A DNA stretch of 64,000 nt from assembly GCF_004010195.1 (NCBI RefSeq), contig NC_057750.1:9496062-9560061 (forward strand). Reading direction: 5' to 3'. Positions 1 to 11,564 of the stretch are shown here, one piece after another. The notes below the pieces were generated by a model. It made no database searches and was not told the DNA's origin. It worked only from the letters and a program-made list of their open reading frames with translations. Origin of the DNA: Chiloscyllium plagiosum. Taxonomy: Eukaryota. Both the position numbers and the translations under genes were made by a program. Numbering within the stretch: position 1 is the first letter of the stretch; each line of letters starts with the position of its first letter.

Positions 1-56
1 TTTCCAGCACCACACTCCTCAGCTCTGATCTCTAGCATCTGCAGTCCTAGTCTTCC
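1..56 (+). mobile_element. 3' end of short Penelope-type (family B) element, cut by window edge
   Basis: ttccagcaccacactc...ctctgatctctagcatctgcagtcct matches the end of the copies at 11715, 29406 and 34049. Confidence 0.75.
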
Positions 57-509
57 CCACCGACCCCCACCATGAGTTTGCTGACCTATGGGTCAGCTGG
101 CCTGTTCTTGATGAATGTGAAAAGACAGGAGGAATCTGAAAGTAAGGAGGGTCGATGATACTCTGTGAAGTTTTCCCCTGGGTCATCTCTGAGATATTCT
201 CTCTGGAGATACTCATTGGAGAAGGCACAAAGATTATAGCAAACCGGGACCCCAGGTTGCCTTTTTATCCCCCTTTTTGAGCCCTTCTGGAAGATTCTAT
301 GGCCTGTGTCCAATACTAGAAATGGGTGAAAAAGGGGCTTGTTGAAATTTTAGCTTTAAGAAGACCTATGATGTTTAACTTTTAACTTTGCTTATTTTTT
401 CTACTTTGTGTCTAAAGTTTTGTAACTTTATACCTAAGATGGCGACTTTGTACATTTTTCACTATACTGTATCTCTGTCCTTGAGTACACATGACAATAA
501 AAACCTCAC

Positions 510-850
510 TCAAAGGGGCAACTTTTTCACCCTAAGGGTGGTGCGGGTGTGGAATAAACTGGCAGAGGAAGTGGTTGAGGCTGGTATAAATACAAAATTT
601 AAAAGACATTTAGACCGGTGCATGTATAAGAAAGGTTTAGCAGGTTTTGGGCCAGATGCAGGCAAGTGGGACTAGTTTGGAATTAGAATTTGGATTAGCT
701 TTATTGTCACATGAGTGGAGTGAAAAGTTTACAAGTCACCATTTACAGTGCCATTTGGCTACCAATGTACCCCGTTTAGGAATCCTGGTTGGCATGGATG
801 GGTTGGGCTGAAGGGTCTGTTTCCCTGCTGTAGGACTGTGGCCTGTGGCC
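510..850 (+). mobile_element. CR1/HER1 LINE 3' end fragment
   Basis: Translation FFTLRVVRVWNKLAEEVVEAG...FKRHLD is a typical CR1 ORF2 C-terminus, followed by a tail like that of HE1. Confidence 0.8.
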
Positions 851-1104
851 TGGATCAGGAAAATCCATCCCCAACTGTTGTCCCCACCTTCCTAAAAATG
901 TGTTCCCACAAAAGTGTTCATCTCCCGATATTCCTCAGTGCCCTGACACAATATAGCTTCTTTTGAAGCAGTGACTTGAAGCGTCCAAGACCAAAACAGG
1001 AGTGAATTGTATCCTGTTAAATGCTGCCTTACTGCCCGCGTACAGGGCACACACACACACCTACACACACACCATACACATACACATACCCAAACACACA
1101 CACA

Positions 1105-1856
1105 CACACCTACACACAGGGGACAGTGAGGGTCTGAGATACACACACACAGGGGACAGTGAGGGTCTGAGATATTTACACACACACACACGCAGGACAG
1201 TGAGGGTCAGAGATACACACACACACACAGACAGGGCAATGAGGGTCTGAGATACACACACACACACAGACAGGGCAGTGAGGGTCTGAGACACACACAC
1301 ACACACAGACAGGGCAGTGAGGGTCTGAGACACACACACACACACAGACAGGGCAGTGAGGGTCTGAGACACACACACACACACAGACAGGGCAGTGAGG
1401 GTCTGAGACACACACACACACACAGACAGGGCAGTGAGGGTCTGAGACACACACACACACACAGACAGGGCAGTGAGGGTCTGAGACACACACACACACA
1501 CAGACAGGGCAGTGAGGGTCTGAGACACACACACACACACAGACAGGGCAGTGAGGGTCTGAGACACACACACACACACAGACAGGGCAGTGAGGGTCTG
1601 AGACACACACACACACACAGACAGGGCAGTGAGGGTCTGAGACACACACACACACACAGACAGGGCAGTGAGGGTCTGAGACACACACACACACACAGAC
1701 AGGGCAGTGAGGGTCTGAGACACACACACACACACAGACAGGGCAGTGAGGGTCTGAGACACACACACACACACAGACAGGGCAGTGAGGGTCTGAGACA
1801 CACACACACACACAGACAGGGCAGTGAGGGTCTGAGATACACACACACACACACAC
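1105..1856. repeat. 39-bp minisatellite containing a (CA)n tract, ~19 copies, runs into N-gap
   Basis: Unit gggtctgagacacacacacacacacagacagggcagtga; 13-aa periodicity in ORF track. Confidence 0.95.
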
Positions 1857-2464
1857 NNNNNNNNNNNNNNNNNNNNNNNNNNNNNNNNNNNNNNNNNNNN
1901 NNNNNNNNNNNNNNNNNNNNNNNNNNNNNNNNNNNNNNNNNNNNNNNNNNNNNNNNNNNNNNNNNNNNNNNNNNNNNNNNNNNNNNNNNNNNNNNNNNNN
2001 NNNNNNNNNNNNNNNNNNNNNNNNNNNNNNNNNNNNNNNNNNNNNNNNNNNNNNNNNNNNNNNNNNNNNNNNNNNNNNNNNNNNNNNNNNNNNNNNNNNN
2101 NNNNNNNNNNNNNNNNNNNNNNNNNNNNNNNNNNNNNNNNNNNNNNNNNNNNNNNNNNNNNNNNNNNNNNNNNNNNNNNNNNNNNNNNNNNNNNNNNNNN
2201 NNNNNNNNNNNNNNNNNNNNNNNNNNNNNNNNNNNNNNNNNNNNNNNNNNNNNNNNNNNNNNNNNNNNNNNNNNNNNNNNNNNNNNNNNNNNNNNNNNNN
2301 NNNNNNNNNNNNNNNNNNNNNNNNNNNNNNNNNNNNNNNNNNNNNNNNNNNNNNNNNNNNNNNNNNNNNNNNNNNNNNNNNNNNNNNNNNNNNNNNNNNN
2401 NNNNNNNNNNNNNNNNNNNNNNNNNNNNNNNNNNNNNNNNNNNNNNNNNNNNNNNNNNNNNNNN

Positions 2465-2692
2465 GACACCCACACAGCATATACACACACACCCTACACA
2501 CACCATACACACACACCATATACACACACATACCATACACACACACACCATATACACACTCACATTCACACACGCATACGTCATACACACACGCACCATA
2601 CACAAACACACACCATATACGCACACAACATATACATGCACACACACACTCACACCACACACAAACACACACACACATTCACCACACACACC
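2465..2692. repeat. Degenerate (CA)n microsatellite
   Basis: CA/CATA-rich low complexity next to gap. Confidence 0.9.
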
Positions 2693-2899
2693 AGTGTACA
2701 GCAGCAAACAGGAGACAACTGTTCTCTTTTACAGACTGTGTGCTGTCCACGTACAGGAGCTGACACTGAGATATTCAGGAACAATGTCACGTGAGCTGGG
2801 GGGAATTGGTTCCGATTTCTCCACCGACTGACTGATACAAATGACCTGGGCAGACTACAGGAAGTGCATTCAGAGCACAGCCCTTCGTACTGGAGATGC

Positions 2900-3647
2900 G
2901 AAAATGCAAAGGGAGAAATTGGTTCAGAAAGGAAGAGATTGAGCAAGAGAAAGAGAGGTTCAGGTTCAGAAGAGACAGTGAGGTTCAGGGACAAGCAGCT
3001 GGAGAGATGAAAGGAGAAAGAGACAGAACAGAAAAGAAAGGGAAAGAGACAGAAACTGAGGGATGGGAGAGCAGATGGGATGGAACAATACAAAAGAGGG
3101 ACAGATAGATAAAGGGATAGAGACAAGCAAATGAGAGGCTTTTTATTTCAAAAATACACTTTATTCATAAAAATACCTTCTCTTGCATAGTCACTGAAGC
3201 AGTTCAATTCTGCACAGTAGCACATGAAGGAAGAAACAAACACTGGAGAGAGATTGAACACACACATACTCAAAGTGAGATGGACAGAGAGAGAATGACA
3301 AATAGAGGTGAAAACTGAGAGGACTGAAAAAGAGACAGTGATAATATTTTTAAAAGGAGCAAAGAGAAAGCAAGAGAGAGTAAAAGTGGGTGACAGATAG
3401 ACAGATAGAGAGAGAGAGGTGGGGCCATGTATAGAGGAACAGCAACGGAGAGAGAGAGAGATACAGAGAGAAAGGGCAACAGACGAAAATAGTCACACAC
3501 ACACAGACACACACACACACAGACAGACACAGACCTACACCTACACACACAGAGACATACATCTACACTTACACAGACATATACAGACGCACAGAGACAT
3601 AAACACACACACACATACATACACACACACACCTATACACCTACACA
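2900..3647. repeat. GA-rich low complexity followed by (CA)n microsatellite
   Basis: Purine-rich gaga tracts 2900-3485, CA tract 3495-3647. Confidence 0.8.
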
Positions 3648-4066
3648 NNNNNNNNNNNNNNNNNNNNNNNNNNNNNNNNNNNNNNNNNNNNNNNNNNNNN
3701 NNNNNNNNNNNNNNNNNNNNNNNNNNNNNNNNNNNNNNNNNNNNNNNNNNNNNNNNNNNNNNNNNNNNNNNNNNNNNNNNNNNNNNNNNNNNNNNNNNNN
3801 NNNNNNNNNNNNNNNNNNNNNNNNNNNNNNNNNNNNNNNNNNNNNNNNNNNNNNNNNNNNNNNNNNNNNNNNNNNNNNNNNNNNNNNNNNNNNNNNNNNN
3901 NNNNNNNNNNNNNNNNNNNNNNNNNNNNNNNNNNAACCCCAGCCCCCTGTCCATCCCCACCACCGTCCGACCCCCGACCCCATCCCCATCTGACACTCCC
4001 CATACCAGGGCAGCTGGACATCAACAGTAGGACTGCTGCTGCCTTTGTGGGGTAAGTCACCAAATG

Positions 4067-4310
4067 ACACGCACACACAGACACACACACACGCACAGAC
4101 ACACACACACGCACAGACACATCACACACAGACACACATACACTCAGGCACACACAGACATGCACATACACAGACATACACACAGAGACACACACAGACA
4201 CACACTCACAGACACACACTGACACACACACACACTGACACACACATACACACACTCAGACACACACATGCTTCGCAGTCAGACAGACAAAATCTCACAG
4301 ACACAGACAC
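4067..4310. repeat. Degenerate (CA)n/(CAGA)n microsatellite
   Basis: Direct inspection. Confidence 0.9.
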
Positions 4311-4633
4311 AAACAGTTGGGGAGATGGTTTTGTTGTTCAGCCAAGCAACAGCTCAAATGAGTCAGAACTAACAGCCATTTTGGATGAACTATACCATCG
4401 AGAGTCTCCTGGCCCATCCCCCACCTCGGCTTGCCCGAATTCCAGAACCAACTTAACGCTTGGAGCTCCGGGCTTAATGTAACCAGAGTCTAACAACAAG
4501 CTCGCTCTTAATGAGTGACAGACTGGATTTGAGACATGCTCACTCTCTGCTCTGCTCTCCAGCCATCCTGCTGTTTATAACCATCCCGAGATATTCGTAA
4601 CCCTCTCCTCTCCATTCACATCCTCTCCTCACG

Positions 4634-4647
4634 GTTGCCATAGCAGC
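4634..4647. promoter_or_regulatory. RFX X-box-like motif
   Basis: GTTGCCATAGCAGC versus consensus GTTGCCATGGCAAC, in a unique, relatively CpG-rich island. Confidence 0.3.
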
Positions 4648-4922
4648 AGATCCCACGGGTCAGGCTCGGTTCCTCTCTCCTCGCTCAGGGTCACGGTGAC
4701 CGTGGGCCCCAGTACCACCCAGTCTGCCTGAGAGCCATGATCCAGGCCCACTCTGGAAACTCTGCATGGATTCTTCAGCATGGCCTTCCTTCCCCCTGGG
4801 GGGGGGGGGGGCCTTAGATGTCTCATCGTTGTGCCCCTCGGGGGGCAATTTCTCAGCACTCTGCCGCTCATCTCGCCAACGCAACGTACCCCAGCGTCAA
4901 ACCTGATGCCTTCCCAACTCAC

Positions 4923-4959
4923 GGCTCAGCGCTGGAGAAACGGTATCGTTTAACTCGGC
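4923..4959 (-). other. Candidate 37-nt exon
   Basis: Acceptor tctctccgtgtccattttgcacag, donor CC|gtgagt; reads AELNDTVSPALS or RVKRYRFSSAE; no homologue recognised. Confidence 0.3.
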
Positions 4960-5479
4960 CTGTGCAAAATGGACACGGAGAGACACATGCCCATGGGGTG
5001 TGAGCGATTCCCTTCCACCCTCAGTGCTCTGTCGATGAGTGGGAGTTTGGGGAGAATACATCAGAAGTAGAGTCATTGAGTCATGCAGCATGGAAACAGG
5101 CCCTTCGGCCCATACCGGCTAGGTTTCCTGAACTGAACTACAGAGGAACATCGATTATCCAGCGTTCGATTAACTGAACTTTGGATTATCTGAACAAGAT
5201 CAGAAGGTTCTGATGCTTGGCTAACTATGTTATCCAGCATTCAATTAACCGCACAAAATATTCCCCACCTGTGTCTTTCAGGTTCCTCCACATTCCCATT
5301 TGCCGGCGTTTGGCTCACTTTCCTATCCATGTACCTGTACCCGTCTCTATCACTTCCTCTGGCAGCTCGTTCCATACACATACCACCACAGCAGAGGTTA
5401 TCCAGGCAAAAGCCACACACTGTAATTCCTGCCTCTACTAAGGAGATGGAGACTGTTCACAAACCAGGACTTACACCGT

Positions 5480-5870
5480 TAATGGTAGGGCCCTGGGAAG
5501 TGTTGTTGAGCAGAGAGAATTAGGGTACAGGTTCATAGTTCCTTGAAAGTGGCATCACAGGTTGACAGGATAGTGAGGAAGGCTTTTGGTTCACTTGCCT
5601 TCATCGGTTAGGGCATTGAGTCTAGGAGTTGGGAGGCCTGGTGCCTGAAAAGTCGATCCTCCTGCTCCTCGGATGCTGCCTGACCTGCTGTGCTTTTCCA
5701 GCGCTACACTCTCGCCTCTGATCTCCAGCATCTGCAGCCCTCACTTTCTCCCTGTCGGAGTTGGGAGGTCACATTCAAGACATTGGTTAGGCCATATTTT
5801 GGAATATAATACATTCCTGGAGGTCCTGGGCAATCTGGAAAAATGTTGTGAAACTTGAGAGGGTTTAGAC
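5480..5870 (+). mobile_element. CR1 ORF2 fragment interrupted by a family B element
   Basis: Degenerate CR1 RT C-terminal sequence on both sides of the insert. Confidence 0.7.
5637..5756 (+). mobile_element. Short Penelope-type family B element
   Basis: TSD ggagttgggagg at 5625-5636 and 5757-5768. Confidence 0.8.
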
Positions 5871-6138
5871 AGCCTCGGGTGACTGACTGTGTGGAGTTTG
5901 CACATTCTCCCCGTGTCTGCGTGGGTTTCCTCCGGGTGCTCCGGTCTCCTCCCACAGTCCAAAGATGTGCAGGTCAGGGTGGCTTGGCCATGCTAAATTG
6001 CCCAGAGTGTTAGATGCATTAGTCAGAGGAAAATATAGGGTGGGGGAATGGGTTTGGTTGGGTTACTCTTCGGAGAGTCGGTGTGAACTTGTTGGGCAGG
6101 AGGGCCTGTTTCCATCATGTAGGGAATCTAATCTAATC
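5870..6138 (+). mobile_element. HE1 SINE, 5'-truncated
   Basis: V-domain gtggagtttgcacattctccccgtgtctgcgtgggtttcctccgggtgctccgg; (aatct)n tail. Confidence 0.9.
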
Positions 6139-6139
6139 T

Positions 6140-7420
6140 GAAAAAAAAAGATTTACAAGAATGCTGTCGGGGTTGGAGGGTTTGAGCTCCAGGGAAAGGT
6201 TGAATAGGCTGGGGTTGATTTCCCTGGAAAGTCAGAGACTGAGGGGTGACCTTGTAGAGGTTTATGAAGTCATGAGGGACATGGATAGGGTGAATACATA
6301 AGGGTAAGGGAGTCCAAAACCAGAGGGTGAAGACTCATAGATTCATACAGCATGGTAACAGACCTTTAGGTCCAACCAGCCCACACCAGCCATAATCCCA
6401 ATTTAAACTAGTCCCACCTTCCTGTCCTGGCCCATATCCCTCCAAACCTTTTAATGCAAGAGAGGGGAAAGATATGAAAGGGATCTGAGGAGCAACTTTC
6501 TCACACAGAGGGTGGTGCGTGTATGGAATGAGTTGCCAGAGGACGTGGTGGAGGCTGGTACAATGATAGCATTTAAAAGGCATCTGGATGGGTATATGAA
6601 CAGGAAGGGTTTGGAGGGATATGGGCCAAGTGCTGGCAAATGGGACTGGATTAGGTTAGGAAATGTTAAAATTGTACAAGACCTTGTTTCGGCAGCATTT
6701 AGAATGCTGTGTACAGTTCTGGTCGCCACATTACCAAAAGGATGTGGATGCTTTGGAGAGGGTGCAGAGAAGGTTTGCGAGGATGTTGCCAGGTATGGAA
6801 GGTGCTGGCTATGAAGAGAGATTGAGTAGGGTAGGTTTGTTTTCATTAGAAAAAAGGAGATTGAGGGGGGACCTGATTGAAGTCTACAAAATCATGAAGG
6901 GTATAGACAGTGTGGATAGAGATAAGCTTTTTCCCAGGATGAAGGATTCAATAACAAGAGGTCACGCTTTCAAGGTGAAAGGTGATAAGTTTAAGGGGAA
7001 AACACGCAAGTACTTTACACAGAGGGTGGTGGGTGTCTGGAACGTGTTGCCAGCGGAGGTGGTAGAGGCAGGCACGGTAGATTCATTTAAGATGCATCTG
7101 GACAGATGCATGAGTAGGTGGGGAGCAGAGGGATACAGATGCTTAGGAATTGGGCAACAGGTTCAGACAGTGGATTTGGATCGGCTCAGGCTTGGAGGGA
7201 CGAAGGGCCTGTTCCTGGGCTGTAAATCGTCTTTGTTCTTTGATATCTGGATGGCACGGACGAGTTGGACCGAAGGGTTTGTTTCTGTGCTGTACGACCC
7301 AAGAAGCATTTCGACAGGATGGGTGGGTATGCAGGCAAACGGGATTGGTTTACATTGTGAAAATTGGGCGACATTGGCAAGTCGGGCGGAAGGGTCTTTT
7401 TCCATGCTGTAGACCTCTAC
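6140..7420 (+). mobile_element. Nested CR1/HER1 LINE 3' fragments, with an inverted piece at ~6336-6452
   Basis: ORF 6663-7412 LYKTLFRQHLECCVQFWSPHYQKDVDALERVQRRFARMLPG...RRLRGDLIEVYKIM is CR1 ORF2 C-terminus. Confidence 0.9.
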
Positions 7421-7968
7421 TGGTGATGCAAGTTTGAGAGGCCAGAGGTGTAATCCTCCCTCCTAGTGTTTATGTCTGTTGGAAAGAAGCTGGCATCAAG
7501 GCACAGTGGGGGCCTGCTGTGAGAGAGCATGAAGTGGTGTGCAGGAGCTTACACAGCAATGCAGATAAACCCCTCTGCATGTCTGGTGAATCATCCTCTT
7601 TTAACCAGCATGTACATCTTCCCACAAAAAAAAGCAATGAACGAGCACACCAGCTCTCAGTATCAGTGTCTGCAGATTTCCAACCTGATTAACTCGAGGC
7701 GCAGCCTACTTCTCTCAGCTGGAAGTAATCTGGTCAGAGTGATTTCTTTCCTGTTTCCCGTCCCCTCCCCCCCAGCTTGTTCCCTGATCTAATTAGACTT
7801 GGGTCTGGGGATGTCGAGCTGAGACCCAGAGAGCGAATCGAGAATGATTATAAATCGGCCGCACAGAGAAAGGAATGGTTTCTGACCAGTTCCATCAGCA
7901 ATTAACTGCGGGGGAGGTTGAGGGGGTTGGGGGTTGGTGTGGGACTGGGTGTTTGGATTCACTGTTAC

Positions 7969-8086
7969 CGCAGACAAAAGGCTCAGGTCAGTTCCTGAAC
8001 GACGGAATCCAGGAACATTCCAACCTCCTGGGTATCCGTTGGCTTCACCGTGATGAGGCAGCCATACTCCTGGGCCTAATTTCCGA
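7969..8086 (-). other. Candidate 118-nt coding exon
   Basis: Acceptor ttcattcttttcacatccag, donor GCG|gtaaca; one open frame RKLGPGVWLPHHGEANGYPGGWNVPGFRRSGTDLSLLSA, other two frames blocked; product unrecognised. Confidence 0.35.
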
Positions 8087-8599
8087 CTGGATGTGAAAAG
8101 AATGAAAGAAGGAATTTATACAGGCGTTATTAAATACCCAGAGGTTAAAATGTTGGCTCCACAGGATCCAGACGCGCACTTCACCGGAGTTTTGCTTTCT
8201 GTTATAACAGCATAGACTCACTGATGACCTCTTCCCCTTAAACACTCTGTCTCACACTTTGAAATTATCCCTCGGTTGACGTCCAACCCATCAAAACCTC
8301 CCTAATTCCATTTGCTCCCAGGCCATCGCTACCAGACTTATACAGGATGAGAAATCCGCTTTCACAGGAGTCCATAAGACCTTCACAAAATACTTTCAAA
8401 GTATTGTCACTGTTTGAGTGCATTCCAGCCAGGGTTGGGTGAGCTCAGATGGTTGGTTTGCAGCAGTGTGGCCTGAAGTTACCGTGAATGACTCTCCTTA
8501 TTCCCTCCCCTCGCCTGATATAGTGGTCACCTTCAGGTTAAACCACTGCCAGTCCCCCTCTGGGACTGTGGTGACCACCTGTTAAAGCCAGAGTCAACT

Positions 8600-8870
8600 T
8601 CTAACCCACAACCTCAAGAAAGACAAGGGCAGCAGATCCATGGGAGCACCATTTACTGAGAGCAAGCCACTCACCACCCTGACTCGGAAATATATCGCCG
8701 TTCCTTCGGTGTCTCCAGGTCAGAATCCCCAGAGTTGCCTCCCCATGGGCACTGTGGGTCTACCCACAGCACATTGATGGCTCAAGGAGGCAGCTCACCC
8801 CAACTTTCTAATGGGGTGATTAGGAACGGGCAATAAATACTGGTGGCCACCTCCTGTGAATGAATATAAA
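8600..8870 (+). mobile_element. 3' end of a second CR1/L2-clade LINE family
   Basis: gacaagggcagcagat...ccactcaccaccctgactcggaaatatatcgccgttcc...gggcaataaat, also at 14200, 24660 and 60750. Confidence 0.7.
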
Positions 8871-9011
8871 AGGAGACAGCAAGATCCCACAAAATGCAAT
8901 GGGATAAATGTGTATTTAAATGAGGGCCGTGGACACCAGACAACTTTGCTATTCCGCTGTCAAATAACAAGCAGCTTTTATTGATATTTTTTAGCAACCT
9001 TTTCACACATA

Positions 9012-10222
9012 TGGGGCAGCACGGTGGCTCAGTGGTTAGCACCACTGCCTCACAGCGCCAGGGACCTGGGTTCGATTCCCGCCTTGCATGACTGTCTGTG
9101 TGGAGTTTGCACAATCTCCCCGTGTCTGCATGGGTTTCCCCCACAGTCACAAAGATATGCAGGTTAGGGTGGATTGGCCATGCTGAATTGCCCCATAGTG
9201 TTCAGGAATGTGCAGATTAGGGTGAATTGGCAATGCTAAATTGCCCCATAGTGTCCAGGGATGTGCAGGCTAGGGCGCATTGGCCATGCTAAATTACCCC
9301 ATAGTATCCAGCGATGTGCAGGTTAGGGTAGATTGGCCATGCTAAATTACCCCATAGTGTTCAGGGATGTACAGGTTAGGGTGGATTGGCCATGCTAAAT
9401 TACCCTATAGTGTTCAGGGATGTGCAGGTTAGGGTGGATTGGCCATGCTAAACTACCCCATAGTATCTAGGGATGTGTCGGTTCGGGTGGTTTGGCCATG
9501 CTAAATTACCCCATAGTATCCAGGGATGTGTAGGTTAGGGTGAATTGGCCATGCTAAATTGCCTCATAGTGTACAGGGATGTGCAGGTTAGGGTGGATTG
9601 GCCATGCTAAATTACCCCATAGTATCCAGGGATGTGTAGGTTAGGGTGAATTGGCCATGCTAAATTACCCCATAGTATCCAGGGTTGTGCAGGTTAGGGT
9701 GGATTGGCCATGCTAAACTACCCCATAGTATCTAGGGATGTGTCAGTTCGGGTGGTTTGGCCATGCTAAATTACCCCATAGTGTTCAGGGATGTGTAGGT
9801 TAGGGTGGATTGGCCATGCTAAATTACCCCATAGTGTTCAGGGATGTGCAGGTTCGGGTGGATTGGCCGTGCTAAATTACCTCATTGTATCCAGGGATGT
9901 GTAGGTTAGGGTGAATTGGCCATGCTAAATTGCCCCATAGTATCCAGGGATGTGTAGGTTAGGGTGGATTGGCCATGCTAAATTACCCTATTGTATCCAG
10001 GGATGTGTAGGTTAGGGTGAATTGGCCATGCTAAATTGCCCCATAGTGTTTAGGAATGTGTAGGTTAGGGTGGATTGGCCATGCTAAATTGCCCCATAGT
10101 GTTCAGGGATGTGTAGGTTAGGCGCATTAATCAGGGGGGAATGGGTCTGGGTGGGATACCTTTTGGAGGGTTGGTGTGGACATGTTGGGTCGTAGGGCCT
10201 GTTCCTACACTGTAGGGATTGT
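9012..10222 (+). mobile_element. HE1 SINE with ~18 tandem copies of an internal 53-bp unit
   Basis: tRNA-like head (A box tggctcagtgg, B box ggttcgattcc), V-domain, array 9153-10120, normal HE1 3' tail. Confidence 0.92.
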
Positions 10223-10279
10223 ATATCTATATCACACATCTGTAGGTCCATGCCGGCCAGGACAGTACATTTCCTCATT

Positions 10280-10490
10280 CAGACCATGAATCCACGTTGA
10301 TCGTCAGCAAACCTCATCTGGTTCACTAATGTCCTCCAGGGAGGGAAATCTGTCATCTTTACCCAGTCTGGCCTACATGTGACTCCAGACCCACAACGAT
10401 GTGGTTGATTCTTAACTGCCCTCTGGGCAATCAAGGATGGGCAATAAATCCTGGGCCTAGCCAGTGATGTAAGTATTCTGTGACTGATAT
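10280..10490 (+). mobile_element. SINE-like element sharing the gggcaataaat tail
   Basis: catctggttcactaatgtcc...cctacatgtgactccagaccc; related copies near 26240-26510, 28635-28890, 37020-37460 and 50287-50530. Confidence 0.7.
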
Positions 10491-11564
10491 TTTTAAATAT
10501 GGGTATTTGCAACAATGAATGATAGATGGAATTGTCACTGTGATTACAAATCCCATTATTAATTATTAATTATTAATTAGATTTAAATTCCACATGCAGC
10601 CAAAGTGGGATTTGAACTGATGGCCCTTAAGCATTAATCTCGGCCTGCAGATTCTGGCTCCTGTGACACTACAGTCAGCCTCCCGATTCTGGCCTGTAAT
10701 TCCCTCGTGTCTGGGCATTTTAACCCACTTGCCCCCAGTGTTGTGGTCTGGTCATGCAGGATAGGGTTAAATCGCTTCAGTGGTTGCATTCGGAATCTGA
10801 AGGAATGTTTTCCAAACAGATGGCCTGCATTTCTGAAATATTTCGATCCCAATTACCCACCGGTATCCCGGCACAGATTACCGGAATCCTCTCCGAACTT
10901 CCCCTTGCTTACCCTTCCTCCACAGACCCACCCTCTGTAATCAGCTCACCAACACCTTAAAGGCCCTTGCTAAAACCTGGAGCGACTGCCCATCAGAGGG
11001 GTGGGTTGTTAGTATAAAGACACACTTTATAAATGTCTTTTATGTTTGGACTGTGCACTGAAAAAAGGACGAGAATGCTTAAAACCAAGAGATGGCCGCA
11101 GTTTTAACGATTGCATTTACTGGAGCACATTTACCAGAGATGTGTGCGCCATTTCCTGAAATATTGAGAGTGGAAAAAGACAGAACAGAGGCAATGGGTT
11201 CTGAACTAGGGGCACAATTGCTTGGCAACAATATTTGAATGGGCTGCTGATCAGGTGACCATGGCTTGTGTGGGGCCAGTGCAGCATCTATGTCGACAAA
11301 AGGATAAAGAAAACAGCAAAATTCACTCATTGTGAGTCTCTCTCTCCCTTTTTCCCTCGTGTGGATACATCAGAGAGCCTCCAGTTACTGCTAGCTATCC
11401 TTGAACTGCTTTTCTCTGCAAATACTCTCTTCAAGGAGAAAGAAAATACCTCCAAAGTCATTGGAAGGACAGATTCTCAATGAGTTATTGAAAGACTGAA
11501 CATTGATCTGCCAACAACCTAGGGTCAACATCAAAGAACTAACAGCAATTGCAAGAAAACAGCG

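Noticed and set aside
1105..1856. V(D)J recombination signal sequences in the CA-rich repeat
   Set aside because: No CACAGTG heptamer with correctly spaced nonamer, and no V or J segments nearby
1061..4255. Cys/Val-rich ORFs up to 548 aa
   Set aside because: Translation of CA repeats, the 39-bp minisatellite and N-gaps
5139..5260. Possible Tc1/mariner-type MITE end (ta-cagaggaac...gattatcc)
   Set aside because: Matching right TIR not found, so not listed as a feature
9153..10120. Interstitial telomere
   Set aside because: TTAGGG occurs singly per 53-bp unit, never in tandem
11330..11430. Additional minus-strand exon (RVFAEKSSSRIASSNWRLSDVSTRGKKGERDSQ)
   Set aside because: Ends in TGA before any good donor; other frames closed
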